From the NCBI GenBank assembly GCA_041661795.1, contig JBAZTS010000002.1:36263-100262 (forward strand): a stretch of 64,000 nucleotides of DNA. Reading direction: 5' to 3'. This DNA is from Minisyncoccota bacterium (GTDB lineage Bacteria > Patescibacteriota > Minisyncoccia > UBA6257 > JAGOQP01). This document shows positions 27,857 through 37,418 of the stretch, one piece after another (within the stretch, counting starts at the first letter, position 1; each line of letters opens with the position of its first letter). Below the pieces are notes generated by a model that did not search any database, was not told where the DNA came from, and saw only the letters and a list, made by a program, of their open reading frames with translations. Both the position numbers and the translations under genes were made by a program.

Positions 27857-28315
27857 ATGAACATTGTAGATAAGGCCGAATTGTTTGCTAAAGAAAGATA
27901 TTTAGCAAACGACCCAATTCATCAGTGGAGACATATTCAGAATGTAATGGAAAGGGCTCTTTTGATTGCTCAGAATTTTGATGACATTGATTATGAAACT
28001 CTTAAGTTAGCAGTAATTTTTCATGATATAGATTATCGGTCATATGATACACATGTTGATGCAAGCGCAAAAGTTGCAGAGAAATTTCTAAGTGAGAATA
28101 ATTATCCTAGGGAAAGAATTAATAGGGTGAAGGAAGTTATATTTGATCATTCAACGCCACATCGCGAAAAACAAGGAGAAGCGGAGTCTTTAGAAGGAAA
28201 GATAATTTATGATGCGGATAAATCTATATTTATCACTGACAAAAAAACGTACGATAAATATTATCCAAAATTATATTTAAAAGAAACCAAAAATTTGGTT
28301 GTTATCTATAAATAA
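27857..28315 (+). CDS. HD-domain phosphohydrolase
   Basis: H…HD motif (…FHDIDY…) plus a downstream D (YDADKS). Confidence 0.65.
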   Translation: MNIVDKAELFAKERYLANDPIHQWRHIQNVMERALLIAQNFDDIDYETLKLAVIFHDIDYRSYDTHVDASAKVAEKFLSENNYPRERINRVKEVIFDHSTPHREKQGEAESLEGKIIYDADKSIFITDKKTYDKYYPKLYLKETKNLVVIYK

Positions 28316-28414
28316 ATTATTAACCAAGACGCGTCGGGGTTTTTGTTGGAATGTATTTAAAAAAGCTTTATAATACTTACGTATTCTAGTCCTAAACTGG
28401 AATACACCGTAATT

Positions 28415-28918
28415 ATGACAAATAAAATATCACATGATAGTGAAACTTTAGCTGATGGACAGCAGGTTATAACTGCTTGTGCTTTTATCCATCAAAAATT
28501 TAATGGAATTGAAAAAGTTTTTTTACCAAAAAGAGCAACGACAAAAAAGTTTTTGCCGGATGTATATGAACTGCCTGGTGGTCACATTAACTACAGAGAA
28601 GATATTGTTGACGGTCTTAAGCGTGAAATAATGGAGGAATTTAATATGAAAGTAAGAGTTGGTGATCCATTTGCTGTCTTTACATATAATAACGACATCA
28701 AAAAATCTCATTCTATTGAAGTTATTTATTTTGCTGAGTTTTCCGATCCAATAGAAAATATCAAGATTCATCCGGAGGACCATTCTTGTTTTGATTGGGT
28801 TGGAGAGAACGAATTGGATAAAGTTTATACAGAGAATAAGAAATCCGATGACCCGGAAATGCAATCTATACAAAAAGGATTTAAAATTCTAAACGGAGAA
28901 TCGCCAGCGTTTAATTAA
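28415..28918 (+). CDS. NUDIX hydrolase
   Basis: Nudix box LPGGHINYREDIVDGLKREIMEEFNMKV (GX5EX7REUXEEXGU). Confidence 0.75.
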   Translation: MTNKISHDSETLADGQQVITACAFIHQKFNGIEKVFLPKRATTKKFLPDVYELPGGHINYREDIVDGLKREIMEEFNMKVRVGDPFAVFTYNNDIKKSHSIEVIYFAEFSDPIENIKIHPEDHSCFDWVGENELDKVYTENKKSDDPEMQSIQKGFKILNGESPAFN

Positions 28919-28920
28919 AT

Positions 28921-29634
28921 ATGAAAAACATCAAAACAAAAAAGCAGAGTTTAAAAAAAATTGGTCCTGACCGCATGACCACAGAGGGGAGAAAAAAATT
29001 CTTTGGTTTTTATAAAACTAATAGATCAAGAGCTCTAATAGGTTTTTTAAAGGATATTGCAAAAAGCAAGACCAACAGAAAAAGAATTTCTGCTTATTTA
29101 GGAAATAGAGAAAAAATAAACTGTTTGATTATGGGTTGTTCACATTGGGCTAATCCTAGAGACACGGCGAATTTTTTGAAAAGTTTTAATAAAAATTTAA
29201 ATATTAATCTTGCGGTTCTGGACGTATTACCCGATGCTCTTTTGGAAAGTGTTAGACATAATATTGATTGTTTGCCCATCATAACTCCCGCGCAAAAAAC
29301 TCCGTTTTTGGATAATTATTTTGATATTATAATCTGTGACTGTCTTTTGACTTGTTGTAGTTTTGACCAGCACGAACCAGTAATCAAAGAAATGAGTAGG
29401 GTCATAAAAAGAAAGGGTCTACTTATACTGGGAATTGTGCATTCTAAACGTAATATCACTTTTAAAATGACGGAACGACCTATTGTGAACTATTGCAGAC
29501 CGTTTAAGGATTATCAGAAACTTTTTGGTAAATATAACTTCATATTTCCGCCAAACTCTTCGGTTGAAACGCAACTTCCGGGAAAATGGAGCCAGATGAA
29601 AATCGCAAATGGTATTGTGATCAAGAGAAAATAA
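28921..29634 (+). CDS. putative class I SAM-dependent methyltransferase-like protein
   Basis: Weak motif I-like LIMGCSHW, post-I VLDV, FDIIICD and IKRKGLLILG; not a DNA methyltransferase (no D/NPPY). Confidence 0.4.
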   Translation: MKNIKTKKQSLKKIGPDRMTTEGRKKFFGFYKTNRSRALIGFLKDIAKSKTNRKRISAYLGNREKINCLIMGCSHWANPRDTANFLKSFNKNLNINLAVLDVLPDALLESVRHNIDCLPIITPAQKTPFLDNYFDIIICDCLLTCCSFDQHEPVIKEMSRVIKRKGLLILGIVHSKRNITFKMTERPIVNYCRPFKDYQKLFGKYNFIFPPNSSVETQLPGKWSQMKIANGIVIKRK

Positions 29635-29648
29635 TTAAAAGATTCGTT

Positions 29649-29900
29649 ATGTTCTTTGTTTATATTCTCAAATGCTCCGATAAATCTCTTTACGTAGGAT
29701 GTACCAATGACCTTGAGAAGAGATTAAAACAACACAACGAGTCAAAGCAGGGAGCGCATTATACTAAAATCAGAAGGCCGGTCACGTTAAAATATTCTCA
29801 AAAATTCAGGACTCTGGCTCAGGCAAGAAAAAGGGAAGCCGAAATAAAAACATGGCGCAGAAGCGAAAAAATTAAATTAATAAATTCTATAAAAAAATGA
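29649..29900 (+). CDS. GIY-YIG nuclease-domain protein (UPF0213-like, 83 aa)
   Basis: MFFVYILKCSDKSLYVGCTNDLEKRLKQHN…: the canonical GIY-YIG N-terminal motif. The start is the internal ATG of the listed ORF. Confidence 0.7.
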   Translation: MFFVYILKCSDKSLYVGCTNDLEKRLKQHNESKQGAHYTKIRRPVTLKYSQKFRTLAQARKREAEIKTWRRSEKIKLINSIKK

Positions 29901-30015
29901 TTATCCTTGGCCGTATCCCGCGTTAGCGGGTAGACTACAACAACGAAATGTTCACCCCCTGACATTTTTATAAAAATTTATGAGGGTTAACAAAGTGATA
30001 TAATAAGAATTAAAT

Positions 30016-30579
30016 ATGAAAAAGGTTTTATTATTACCAGGGTGGATGAGAACTCTTAGATTATACAAAGCTCACAATGATTTTGATGTGCGCATAGGAA
30101 AACTAGATGATGAATCTGTACTAGCTGATTATGTTATTGGTTTGAGTTTGGGAAGTTTAGCTGTATTGCAACAAGTTGAAAGTATCAAAGGAAAAATAAT
30201 TTTAATAAATCCTCCTCTTCCAAAAAAAAGCATTCTAATTTGGTTTGTTAACTGGCTGAAGTTTATTGTAACCGAGGGTCTATTTTTTGAAAGACAAAAA
30301 TTTACCAGAAATCCGATCAAGTTTATTTCCGCGTTAATTGTCTGTGTAAAATTACTTAATGTAGATTTTTCAAAAACGTTGGACAGCATAAAAGGGCGGT
30401 TATTGATAATTAGAGGAAGAAACGATAGATTTTTCTGTAATGATAAGACTATAAAATTTCTGAGTGCCAGGGAAATTAGAATTATAGAAATTAATGGAGG
30501 ACATAATTGGTGTGAAGAAATAGAAAAAACAATAAACGATCTGACTAAAGACACCGGTTCAGAATTATTGCCAAAGTGA
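30016..30579 (+). CDS. small alpha/beta-hydrolase-like protein
   Basis: GLSLGS (G-x-S-x-G) and a C-terminal GGHNW histidine. Confidence 0.4.
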   Translation: MKKVLLLPGWMRTLRLYKAHNDFDVRIGKLDDESVLADYVIGLSLGSLAVLQQVESIKGKIILINPPLPKKSILIWFVNWLKFIVTEGLFFERQKFTRNPIKFISALIVCVKLLNVDFSKTLDSIKGRLLIIRGRNDRFFCNDKTIKFLSAREIRIIEINGGHNWCEEIEKTINDLTKDTGSELLPK

Positions 30580-30591
30580 TATAATAAACTT

Positions 30592-30903
30592 ATGAGTTTC
30601 ATAAAAAACTACATTAATTATCTGAAAGATAATCCTAATAAATATTGGTTTAAGAGAAAACTGTATGGATGGGGATGGGTGCCGGTTAGATGGCAGGGAT
30701 GGGTTGTTATATTGGCTTTTATTCTTTTTATTGTATTGAGCGGAATGGATATGGAGTCCAATATAACTCCCACAGACGGCCAGTTAATATTGTTTTTTGT
30801 AAAAATTGTTTTATCTGTAGCGGTAGTGATGTGGATTTGCTACAAAACCGGAGAAAAACCCAAATGGCAATGGGGACCGCCTCAAAATTCAAATCAAAAA
30901 TAA
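30592..30903 (+). CDS. small membrane protein
   Basis: Two TM helices. Confidence 0.3.
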   Translation: MSFIKNYINYLKDNPNKYWFKRKLYGWGWVPVRWQGWVVILAFILFIVLSGMDMESNITPTDGQLILFFVKIVLSVAVVMWICYKTGEKPKWQWGPPQNSNQK

Positions 30904-30906
30904 ATT

Positions 30907-31602
30907 ATGCAAATAAAAATTCTTTCTTGGAATATATGGTGGGATTGTCAATTTGAGCAAGTTGCCGAGTTTTTGAATTCTTCCAATGCCGATATTATCG
31001 GTCTGCAGGAAGTATCTCCAGAGGATAAAAATAGGGATGTTATCGGCTATCTAACAAAACTTGGTTATCAATATGTATTTTCTCCAATTGTAGATATACA
31101 AAACAAAGGTTATAAAAAAGAACCTGTAGGGAACGCTATTTTTAGCAAGTTTGATATCTTAAAAAGCGAAACCCATATTTTGTCTGAAGTGGATAGTAGG
31201 ATTGCCATAGAGGCAGATTTCAAAATAGGAGATAAAGAACTCAATGTTTTCAACGTTCACTTGCTCCATACTCATCAAAATCCATCAGAGATACAAGCTC
31301 TTCAAGCCGAAAATCTTATCAAAATTCTTCCTGATAAAAATACTGTTGTTATGGGCGACTTTAACGCCACACCAGAAAGCGATGCAATAAAAAGTATGAA
31401 CAGTGTTTTAAAAAATGTTGCTGATGATTCAAATCCGACCTGGAGTTTGGATGAGAAGGGTTGCCCTGTGTGTAAGGTGGGGGACTTAAAATATTGTTTG
31501 GATTATATCTTTGTTAGCAAAGATATCCAATCACACTCATTCAAAATCGAAAATCCTAAAGGATCTGATCATTTGCCGATTTCGGTTATGATTGAAATAT
31601 AA
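30907..31602 (+). CDS. endonuclease/exonuclease/phosphatase (EEP) family protein
   Basis: ILSWNIWWD…GLQEV…GDFNATPES…GSDHLPI: the canonical EEP motifs. Confidence 0.75.
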   Translation: MQIKILSWNIWWDCQFEQVAEFLNSSNADIIGLQEVSPEDKNRDVIGYLTKLGYQYVFSPIVDIQNKGYKKEPVGNAIFSKFDILKSETHILSEVDSRIAIEADFKIGDKELNVFNVHLLHTHQNPSEIQALQAENLIKILPDKNTVVMGDFNATPESDAIKSMNSVLKNVADDSNPTWSLDEKGCPVCKVGDLKYCLDYIFVSKDIQSHSFKIENPKGSDHLPISVMIEI

Positions 31603-31607
31603 GAATT

Positions 31608-32186
31608 TTGTCATATCTTAAAACAGAGTCAAAAATAAAAATGGAAAAAATAACTCACCAGGGGAAAATAATAGAAGTTGTTCAAAAAGAAGTTGAGCAA
31701 AACGGGAAAGTTAAAACTTTTGAATTTGCGCGCCGTTCTCCCGGGACACGTCTGATTATCCCAAAGGAGGACAAAATTCTCTTGTCAAAAGAATTTAGAC
31801 ATGAAGTAGAAGGATATGACTACCGTCTCCCGGGAGGGAAAGTGTACGACTCTTTGGAAGAATACAATTTGGCTCTTCAATCGGGTGTGGATATTGGCGA
31901 AATGGCAAAAAAGGCGGCCATAAAGGAAGCGCGAGAAGAAACCGGAATTGAAATAAAAGATATTTCATTTATACATAAGTCGGTTTGCGGAGCAACTGTG
32001 GTTTGGGATTTGTTTTATTTTGTTGTAAACGACTTTAGTGAAACATCCAGACAGTTGGAGGATGGCGAAGATATAGAGGTTGAATACGTTTCTCGCGACA
32101 AAGTGAAAGAGATGTGTCTAAACGGAACAATCGGAGAGGAGCGATCCGCCCTTGTTTTGATTAGATATTTGGGTGGTGGATTCTAA
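31608..32186 (+). CDS. NUDIX hydrolase (ADP-ribose pyrophosphatase-like)
   Basis: RLPGGKVYDSLEEYNLAL…AIKEAREETGIE Nudix box. Confidence 0.7.
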   Translation: MSYLKTESKIKMEKITHQGKIIEVVQKEVEQNGKVKTFEFARRSPGTRLIIPKEDKILLSKEFRHEVEGYDYRLPGGKVYDSLEEYNLALQSGVDIGEMAKKAAIKEAREETGIEIKDISFIHKSVCGATVVWDLFYFVVNDFSETSRQLEDGEDIEVEYVSRDKVKEMCLNGTIGEERSALVLIRYLGGGF

Positions 32187-32236
32187 AATGACTATTATAG
32201 AGCTTGTGGAGGTCCAATGTTAGTAGATAAAGATTT

Positions 32237-32863
32237 ATGAGTAAAGAACTATCACATAAAGAAATAACAGACTATTTCCGATCTAATATTTATGAGGCTA
32301 TTTCTTCATATAATGCTTGGAAAATGTTGTCGTATTCTAAATCTAATAAAGTGGTTTCTGATGATATGGCAAAAAGATATCTTGAAATACAAAATTACCA
32401 TCCGGGATTTTTTGCGACAGCAGAGCGTGCCTTTTTAGTTGATTTTGTGATTATGTCACTACATCCATTTGACCACAGAGATGATTCTTATTCACTTTAT
32501 AAAATAAACAAGGAAGATACAGAAGATTTTATTAATAACAATGAGAGTGTGGTAGCCGCTTTACGGAATTTAAGGAATAAACTTTTTGCACATAGAGATG
32601 CTGATATAAATAATACAAAAAACTTAATAATTCCTTCGGTTGTTAATCAAAATAAATATTTTGAAAATTTAATTGATTTTTATAATAAGCTTACTTCTGT
32701 GGTTGACGAGTCATCAACAAATTTCGTTAATGCGAAGGAGATTAAATTAGATATAGAGAATTTATTTATGAATTTATATCGAGGCGAGGCTATTAGGAAA
32801 AAACAAATTGATATTGAATGGTTGTGGGAGAAAGACAATAAAAAAGCTTCAGATATTTTATAA
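32237..32863 (+). CDS. hypothetical protein with an R-x5-H (HEPN-like) motif
   Basis: …LRNLRNKLFAHRD… fits the HEPN Rx4-6H signature in an alpha-helical context; translationally coupled (3-nt gap) to the next ORF. Confidence 0.35.
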   Translation: MSKELSHKEITDYFRSNIYEAISSYNAWKMLSYSKSNKVVSDDMAKRYLEIQNYHPGFFATAERAFLVDFVIMSLHPFDHRDDSYSLYKINKEDTEDFINNNESVVAALRNLRNKLFAHRDADINNTKNLIIPSVVNQNKYFENLIDFYNKLTSVVDESSTNFVNAKEIKLDIENLFMNLYRGEAIRKKQIDIEWLWEKDNKKASDIL

Positions 32864-32865
32864 AT

Positions 32866-33309
32866 TTGATGAATTTAAATAAAATCCAAGAATTCGCTAA
32901 AAAGATATTAAGAAATTCAACTAAGACAAAGAATTCTTTGTCTAGCTTGGCAAAAGATAATTGTAGTGAACTGACTAGATTAGTGGGGTGTTTTATTCTA
33001 AAATCACAAAGTGGAGTTACTGTATATGTGTTAAAAGGGGACAGAGTTTTTGGTAAGAAACAATCTCATGATATATTGGCTTTACATGATAAAAACGGGG
33101 TTTTTGTTATAGACCCATCCGTTTGGCAGTTTTTTCCAAACAAGAAGAGTATTCTTATATCCAACAGTAAGAATATAAAGGACGCTATTAAATCAGCAGA
33201 AAAGATATATGGCGGAAAGTGGAAAGTATCCGAAAAACTGTCGCTGAAGAAATGTTTGAAAAATCAAAAAAAGTGGATTTCTGTCATCCGTAAAAATAAT
33301 CAAAAATAA
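32866..33309 (+). CDS. hypothetical protein (partner of the HEPN-like ORF)
   Basis: 147 aa, basic, no clear family; its start lies 3 nt after the upstream stop. Confidence 0.3.
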   Translation: MMNLNKIQEFAKKILRNSTKTKNSLSSLAKDNCSELTRLVGCFILKSQSGVTVYVLKGDRVFGKKQSHDILALHDKNGVFVIDPSVWQFFPNKKSILISNSKNIKDAIKSAEKIYGGKWKVSEKLSLKKCLKNQKKWISVIRKNNQK

Positions 33310-33311
33310 TC

Positions 33312-33878
33312 ATGAAAACAGCCGTAATCATTCACGGGAGTCCGACTAAAAAAGAATATTTTACACGCAAGAAACCAAGTCAGTCCAATAAACACTGGTT
33401 GTCCTGGATACAAAAAGAACTCAATTTGAAAGGTATTCTTGCTCAAACTCCTGAATTTCCGGAACCCTACAAACCTGTTTACGAAAAATGGTGTTCTGTT
33501 TTTGAGCAATTCAAAATTGATGAAAACACCATGCTTATAGGTCACAGCTGTGGCGGGGGATTTTTGGTAAGATGGCTAAGTGAAAACAAAGTAAAAGTTG
33601 GAAATGTAGTTTTAGTAGCTCCTTGGATAGACCCAAATCATTATTTAAAAACCAATTTTTTTGATTTTAAAATAGACCCAAATTTAGCGAAAAGAACCAA
33701 AAAGCTGATCATTTTTGAATCCAATAATGATTTTAAAGAGATACAGAAAAGCATTGATATATTAAGAACCAAGCTAAAAGGCGCCAATTTTAAAAAATTC
33801 AAAAATATGGGGCACTTTATATCAAGTAGTATGAAAACCGACAAATTTCCTGAATTATTGAAAGAGCTTATAAAATGA
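33312..33878 (+). CDS. serine hydrolase, RBBP9/YdeN-like (alpha/beta fold)
   Basis: MKTAVIIHGSPT…, GHSCGGGFLVRWL nucleophile elbow, C-terminal GHF. Confidence 0.5.
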   Translation: MKTAVIIHGSPTKKEYFTRKKPSQSNKHWLSWIQKELNLKGILAQTPEFPEPYKPVYEKWCSVFEQFKIDENTMLIGHSCGGGFLVRWLSENKVKVGNVVLVAPWIDPNHYLKTNFFDFKIDPNLAKRTKKLIIFESNNDFKEIQKSIDILRTKLKGANFKKFKNMGHFISSSMKTDKFPELLKELIK

Positions 33879-33891
33879 AGTATATAAAAAT

Positions 33892-34470
33892 ATGAACAAA
33901 TTATTTGATAAAAACAAAACTGCGTTAGTTATTATTGATCTTCAAAAAGGAATAATAAACCGACAAACTTATCCACGTAAATCTTCCGTTGTTGTCTCAA
34001 ATGCCACTAAATTAGCCGACGTATTCAGAGAAAATTCTATGCCTGTATTTTTGATTCGGGTTACTGCATCTCCAGATATGAAGGATGGCTTAAAGCCAAT
34101 TACTGACAGTCCGACTGGAACGGAAAATAAAAAAGATCCTGATTGGGCGGACATTGTTTCGGAGCTCGTTCCAAAAGAAGACGATTTTGTAATAACTAAA
34201 AGGCAATGGGGTGCTTTTTATAACACAGAGCTGGATCTTCAGCTAAGAAGACGTAAAATTGAAACCATTGTGCTTTGTGGCATTTCAACTAATATCGGAG
34301 TAGAAAGCACGGCTAGATTTGCCTATGAGTATGGCTATCAGCAAATTTTTGTAGAAGACGCTATGGCATCAGGAAAATCAAAAGAAGAACACGAAGCAAC
34401 AATAAAGTATATTTTTCCAAGAATAGGGCGTGTACGAAAAACCGACGAGATTATCAATGAGTTTAAGTAA
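33892..34470 (+). CDS. isochorismatase-family cysteine hydrolase
   Basis: TALVIIDLQKGII…, …IVLCGISTNIGVESTAR (catalytic Cys), D/K/C triad spacing. Confidence 0.75.
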   Translation: MNKLFDKNKTALVIIDLQKGIINRQTYPRKSSVVVSNATKLADVFRENSMPVFLIRVTASPDMKDGLKPITDSPTGTENKKDPDWADIVSELVPKEDDFVITKRQWGAFYNTELDLQLRRRKIETIVLCGISTNIGVESTARFAYEYGYQQIFVEDAMASGKSKEEHEATIKYIFPRIGRVRKTDEIINEFK

Positions 34471-34515
34471 ATTACATATAAAAATTTATGAAACGGGTTA
34501 TTATAGTCCATTGTT

Positions 34516-35196
34516 ATGCTGAATAAGATATTTAATAGAATCCCCAAACTTCCATTATCCGCTTTAATATTTTATTTGGTTGTTCTTTTGTTTTGGAAAC
34601 TTGGTATTATTCCCAGCCCAGCCAATGCCCTTACCTTTCTTGAGGGGTTGTATGAATCTTACGGATTGGTAGGTCTTTTTATTGCTTCGTTTCTTGAGGG
34701 AGTAGTTTATCTTGGGCTTTATTTCCCTGGTTCTTTTATAGTTGCTTTGACGGTTATTTTGTCCAACGGTTCGTTTCTGTCCTTGCTTTCCATAAGTTTG
34801 GTCGTAGCTTGCGCGCTAACCATAACTTCTCTGATTAATTATCTTATTGGAAAAAGCTTAACCAAAAATAAACCAAATAGTAGTTCGTTGACAGTCAACA
34901 AACAAATTGTATCTAAAGGTTTAGTCGCTTCTATGCTACACCCCAATTCTCTGGCTTTTTATTTTTTAAACTTGGGAATAAAAAAGGAAAATTTACTAAA
35001 AATAGTATTTGTTCCTATTTTTATGACTCTTTACGGTCTTGCTCTGGGGTACCTGCTTTATTCAGTAAAAGAACCTCTAAAAAGAGCGGCCGATAGTCCC
35101 TACGCTCTTATAACCTTAATTTTTATCTGGATAATAATCGCTTTTATCGTGGAGAGTCGCAGAAATAAAGATCTTGAGAAAGATAAACAATTATAA
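34516..35196 (+). CDS. DedA/VTT-like membrane protein
   Basis: LEGLYESYGLVGLFIASFLEGVVYLGLYFPGS resembles the DedA core; multiple TM helices. Confidence 0.45.
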   Translation: MLNKIFNRIPKLPLSALIFYLVVLLFWKLGIIPSPANALTFLEGLYESYGLVGLFIASFLEGVVYLGLYFPGSFIVALTVILSNGSFLSLLSISLVVACALTITSLINYLIGKSLTKNKPNSSSLTVNKQIVSKGLVASMLHPNSLAFYFLNLGIKKENLLKIVFVPIFMTLYGLALGYLLYSVKEPLKRAADSPYALITLIFIWIIIAFIVESRRNKDLEKDKQL

Positions 35197-35201
35197 AACA
35201 T

Positions 35202-35921
35202 ATGAGAAGCATACTAATCAAATCTATTAACGGCAGAAAAATGCCTCTTGTTATGGCGCATATGGGGGGATTGTCTCATGGGAGACCAAATTCCATTCAA
35301 GCTATTAGAAATAGTACAAAATACAATCCTGACATATTTGAAATTGATGTTAGAAAAAGCAGAGACAATATTCTTTTTTGTCACCATGGTTCTTTGCCAT
35401 TCGGTATAATATTTTCTCAAATCCTCTTTCTCTTTCGGTTCAATTTTATAGTTAAATTGCTTGGACAGATAAATACTCTTGATGAGATATTGGAAGCTAT
35501 TCCCCAAAACATTATTGTGTATTTGGATATAAAAAGCGGTTATATTACAAGTGATGACTTATTGAAAGTTATTAACAAATATCCAGCTCATCAAATATGG
35601 ATGGCTGCATATAACTTGAATTATTTAAAAAGATTGCGCGCAAAACTCGGAGAGAATTATGTATATGTTTTTAATCGTCCCATAGTTTTCTTAAATCACT
35701 TTTTAAACAACTCAAAAGGCATTGCTGATATTGTTCAATTGTTTATATGGCAGTGGAAAGAGCGTGTTGTCCAAAAAGTAAACAGTAACGGTATTGAAGT
35801 TCATTTGGCTCACTGGTTCGTTCCTCTGTCCAGAAAATATATAATTGGTAAGAAATATAATAATATATGGCTCACTTATGATGATCTTCGTTTGACACAA
35901 ACATCAAAGCAACTTTCTTAA
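35202..35921 (+). CDS. glycerophosphodiester phosphodiesterase-like protein
   Basis: VMAHMGG…RPNSIQAIRNS…IFEIDVRKSRDNILFCHH parallels the GP-PDE HR…ENT…E.D…HD motifs. Confidence 0.5.
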   Translation: MRSILIKSINGRKMPLVMAHMGGLSHGRPNSIQAIRNSTKYNPDIFEIDVRKSRDNILFCHHGSLPFGIIFSQILFLFRFNFIVKLLGQINTLDEILEAIPQNIIVYLDIKSGYITSDDLLKVINKYPAHQIWMAAYNLNYLKRLRAKLGENYVYVFNRPIVFLNHFLNNSKGIADIVQLFIWQWKERVVQKVNSNGIEVHLAHWFVPLSRKYIIGKKYNNIWLTYDDLRLTQTSKQLS

Positions 35922-35979
35922 TTTATTGAATAAAAAATCAACTATTCTTACAATGTCTTCTTTGCCTCTTTTATAGATT

Positions 35980-36627
35980 TTAGTATCTTAATACCTTATT
36001 AATTCTCTCTACCGCCAAATTCATATTCCTCATTCCCTGACCGACAGGATAGTAGGTTGGATAAACTAAAAACTTTTTGTTTCTGACATTTAAAGTTTCA
36101 CCTTCTTTATTTTTATAATTGCTTACTTTTATTTTTTTATCCAAAAGAATCGAACTTACTTGATTCCCAAAGGTTATAATTTTTTTGGGATTGACCGACA
36201 AAATTTCTCGGAACATCAAATCCAGATATTCTCTAAAAATTCTATCATTAAGGGAATGAGCGTCTATTTGGGTGCACTTTGCTAAATTGGTTATATAAAC
36301 TTTGTTTTCGTTAATTTCTTGATAGATATTTTTTGAAAAGTCATAAGTCCAGTCACCAAACTTGATCTTTTGCGTTTTGTCAAAACTGCTTTTGGAAATA
36401 AACTCTAATTTATATAAAAGCTTCCATATATTTTTTGTTCCCAGCCACGGAGCTCTCAACCCTTTCCAATTTTTATCGGCGGATATGTTCCTTGCCGTGG
36501 GATTCATAAAAATAAGCATAATCTGGGGACTTCTAATACACCCGGCTCCGTATACGGAATTGAGATTAGAATGGCCGTGTAGAACCTGTAGTCGGTCAAA
36601 TCTTTTATGTAGGTGCTTTAACTGCAT
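35980..36627 (-). CDS. uracil-DNA glycosylase superfamily-like protein
   Basis: …MLIFMNPTARN… resembles the MUG/family-6 GxNPG-type motif. Confidence 0.4.
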   Translation of the reverse strand: MQLKHLHKRFDRLQVLHGHSNLNSVYGAGCIRSPQIMLIFMNPTARNISADKNWKGLRAPWLGTKNIWKLLYKLEFISKSSFDKTQKIKFGDWTYDFSKNIYQEINENKVYITNLAKCTQIDAHSLNDRIFREYLDLMFREILSVNPKKIITFGNQVSSILLDKKIKVSNYKNKEGETLNVRNKKFLVYPTYYPVGQGMRNMNLAVERINKVLRY

Positions 36628-36861
36628 TTGTTTTATTATATACTATCAGTGTACAATATCCCTATGGACCAATTGGACCCAAAAATAACAGAAACACTTG
36701 AACAGAAAATAGATAAACTTCAGCGTTCAATAAGCAGATTAAATAAAATATTTCTTTGGACACTGATAATAGGTGTTGTCTTGTTTGTCTTGCCTTTGAT
36801 TGGACTTTTGTTTGTGATACCTCAGCTGTTTTCAAGTTATAGTAATGTATTGAATTTTTAA
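36628..36861 (+). CDS. small membrane protein
   Basis: One or two TM helices at the C-terminus. Confidence 0.25.
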   Translation: MFYYILSVYNIPMDQLDPKITETLEQKIDKLQRSISRLNKIFLWTLIIGVVLFVLPLIGLLFVIPQLFSSYSNVLNF

Positions 36862-36864
36862 TAT

Positions 36865-37176
36865 ATGAAAATAATAAAAAATGCTTTAGTGAGCGCGGTG
36901 CTGGCGGTTTTGTATATAGGATTAGTCGCCACAGTAATGACCAACATAGAAAAATTATTTGGTGAGGGAGATCCAAAAACTGTTTTGGTTCCGATGTCAT
37001 TTTTGATTTTATTCGTATTCTCAGCGGCCTTGATGGGAATAATTATTCTTGGAAAACCGATTTTGTGGTATCTGGACGGATTTAAGAAAGAGGCGGTTAA
37101 ACTTGTTTTTTATACATTAGGATTTCTGTTCATGTTTCTTGTTGTGGCTTTTCTTGTTCTTGTTTTGTTTTTTTAG
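36865..37176 (+). CDS. small membrane protein
   Basis: Three TM helices. Confidence 0.3.
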   Translation: MKIIKNALVSAVLAVLYIGLVATVMTNIEKLFGEGDPKTVLVPMSFLILFVFSAALMGIIILGKPILWYLDGFKKEAVKLVFYTLGFLFMFLVVAFLVLVLFF

Positions 37177-37310
37177 CCATACTATTCTTTTTACACCATC
37201 CTCTCTGCGCTTTTTATCAGCTCTTCCTTTTTTCTTTTGTTTATTGTATACCCTAATCAGTACTAAAAGAGAGCGATAAGGGCTCTTTTTACAGCTCTTT
37301 GACAGATACA

Positions 37311-37369
37311 CCCCCACACCAATTTTGCTTATTATCGTCAAGTGCGTGTTGGCAGAATTGGTGTGGGGG
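37311..37369. repeat. hairpin repeat variant CCCCCACACCAATT-n30-AATTGGTGTGGGGG (family copy c)
   Basis: 14-bp inverted repeat related to copies a and b, with a larger loop. Confidence 0.7.
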
Positions 37370-37418
37370 TAAATAGCGACTCTGCAAATCAGATTTAATA
37401 GAGTTTTAATGCAAAAAT

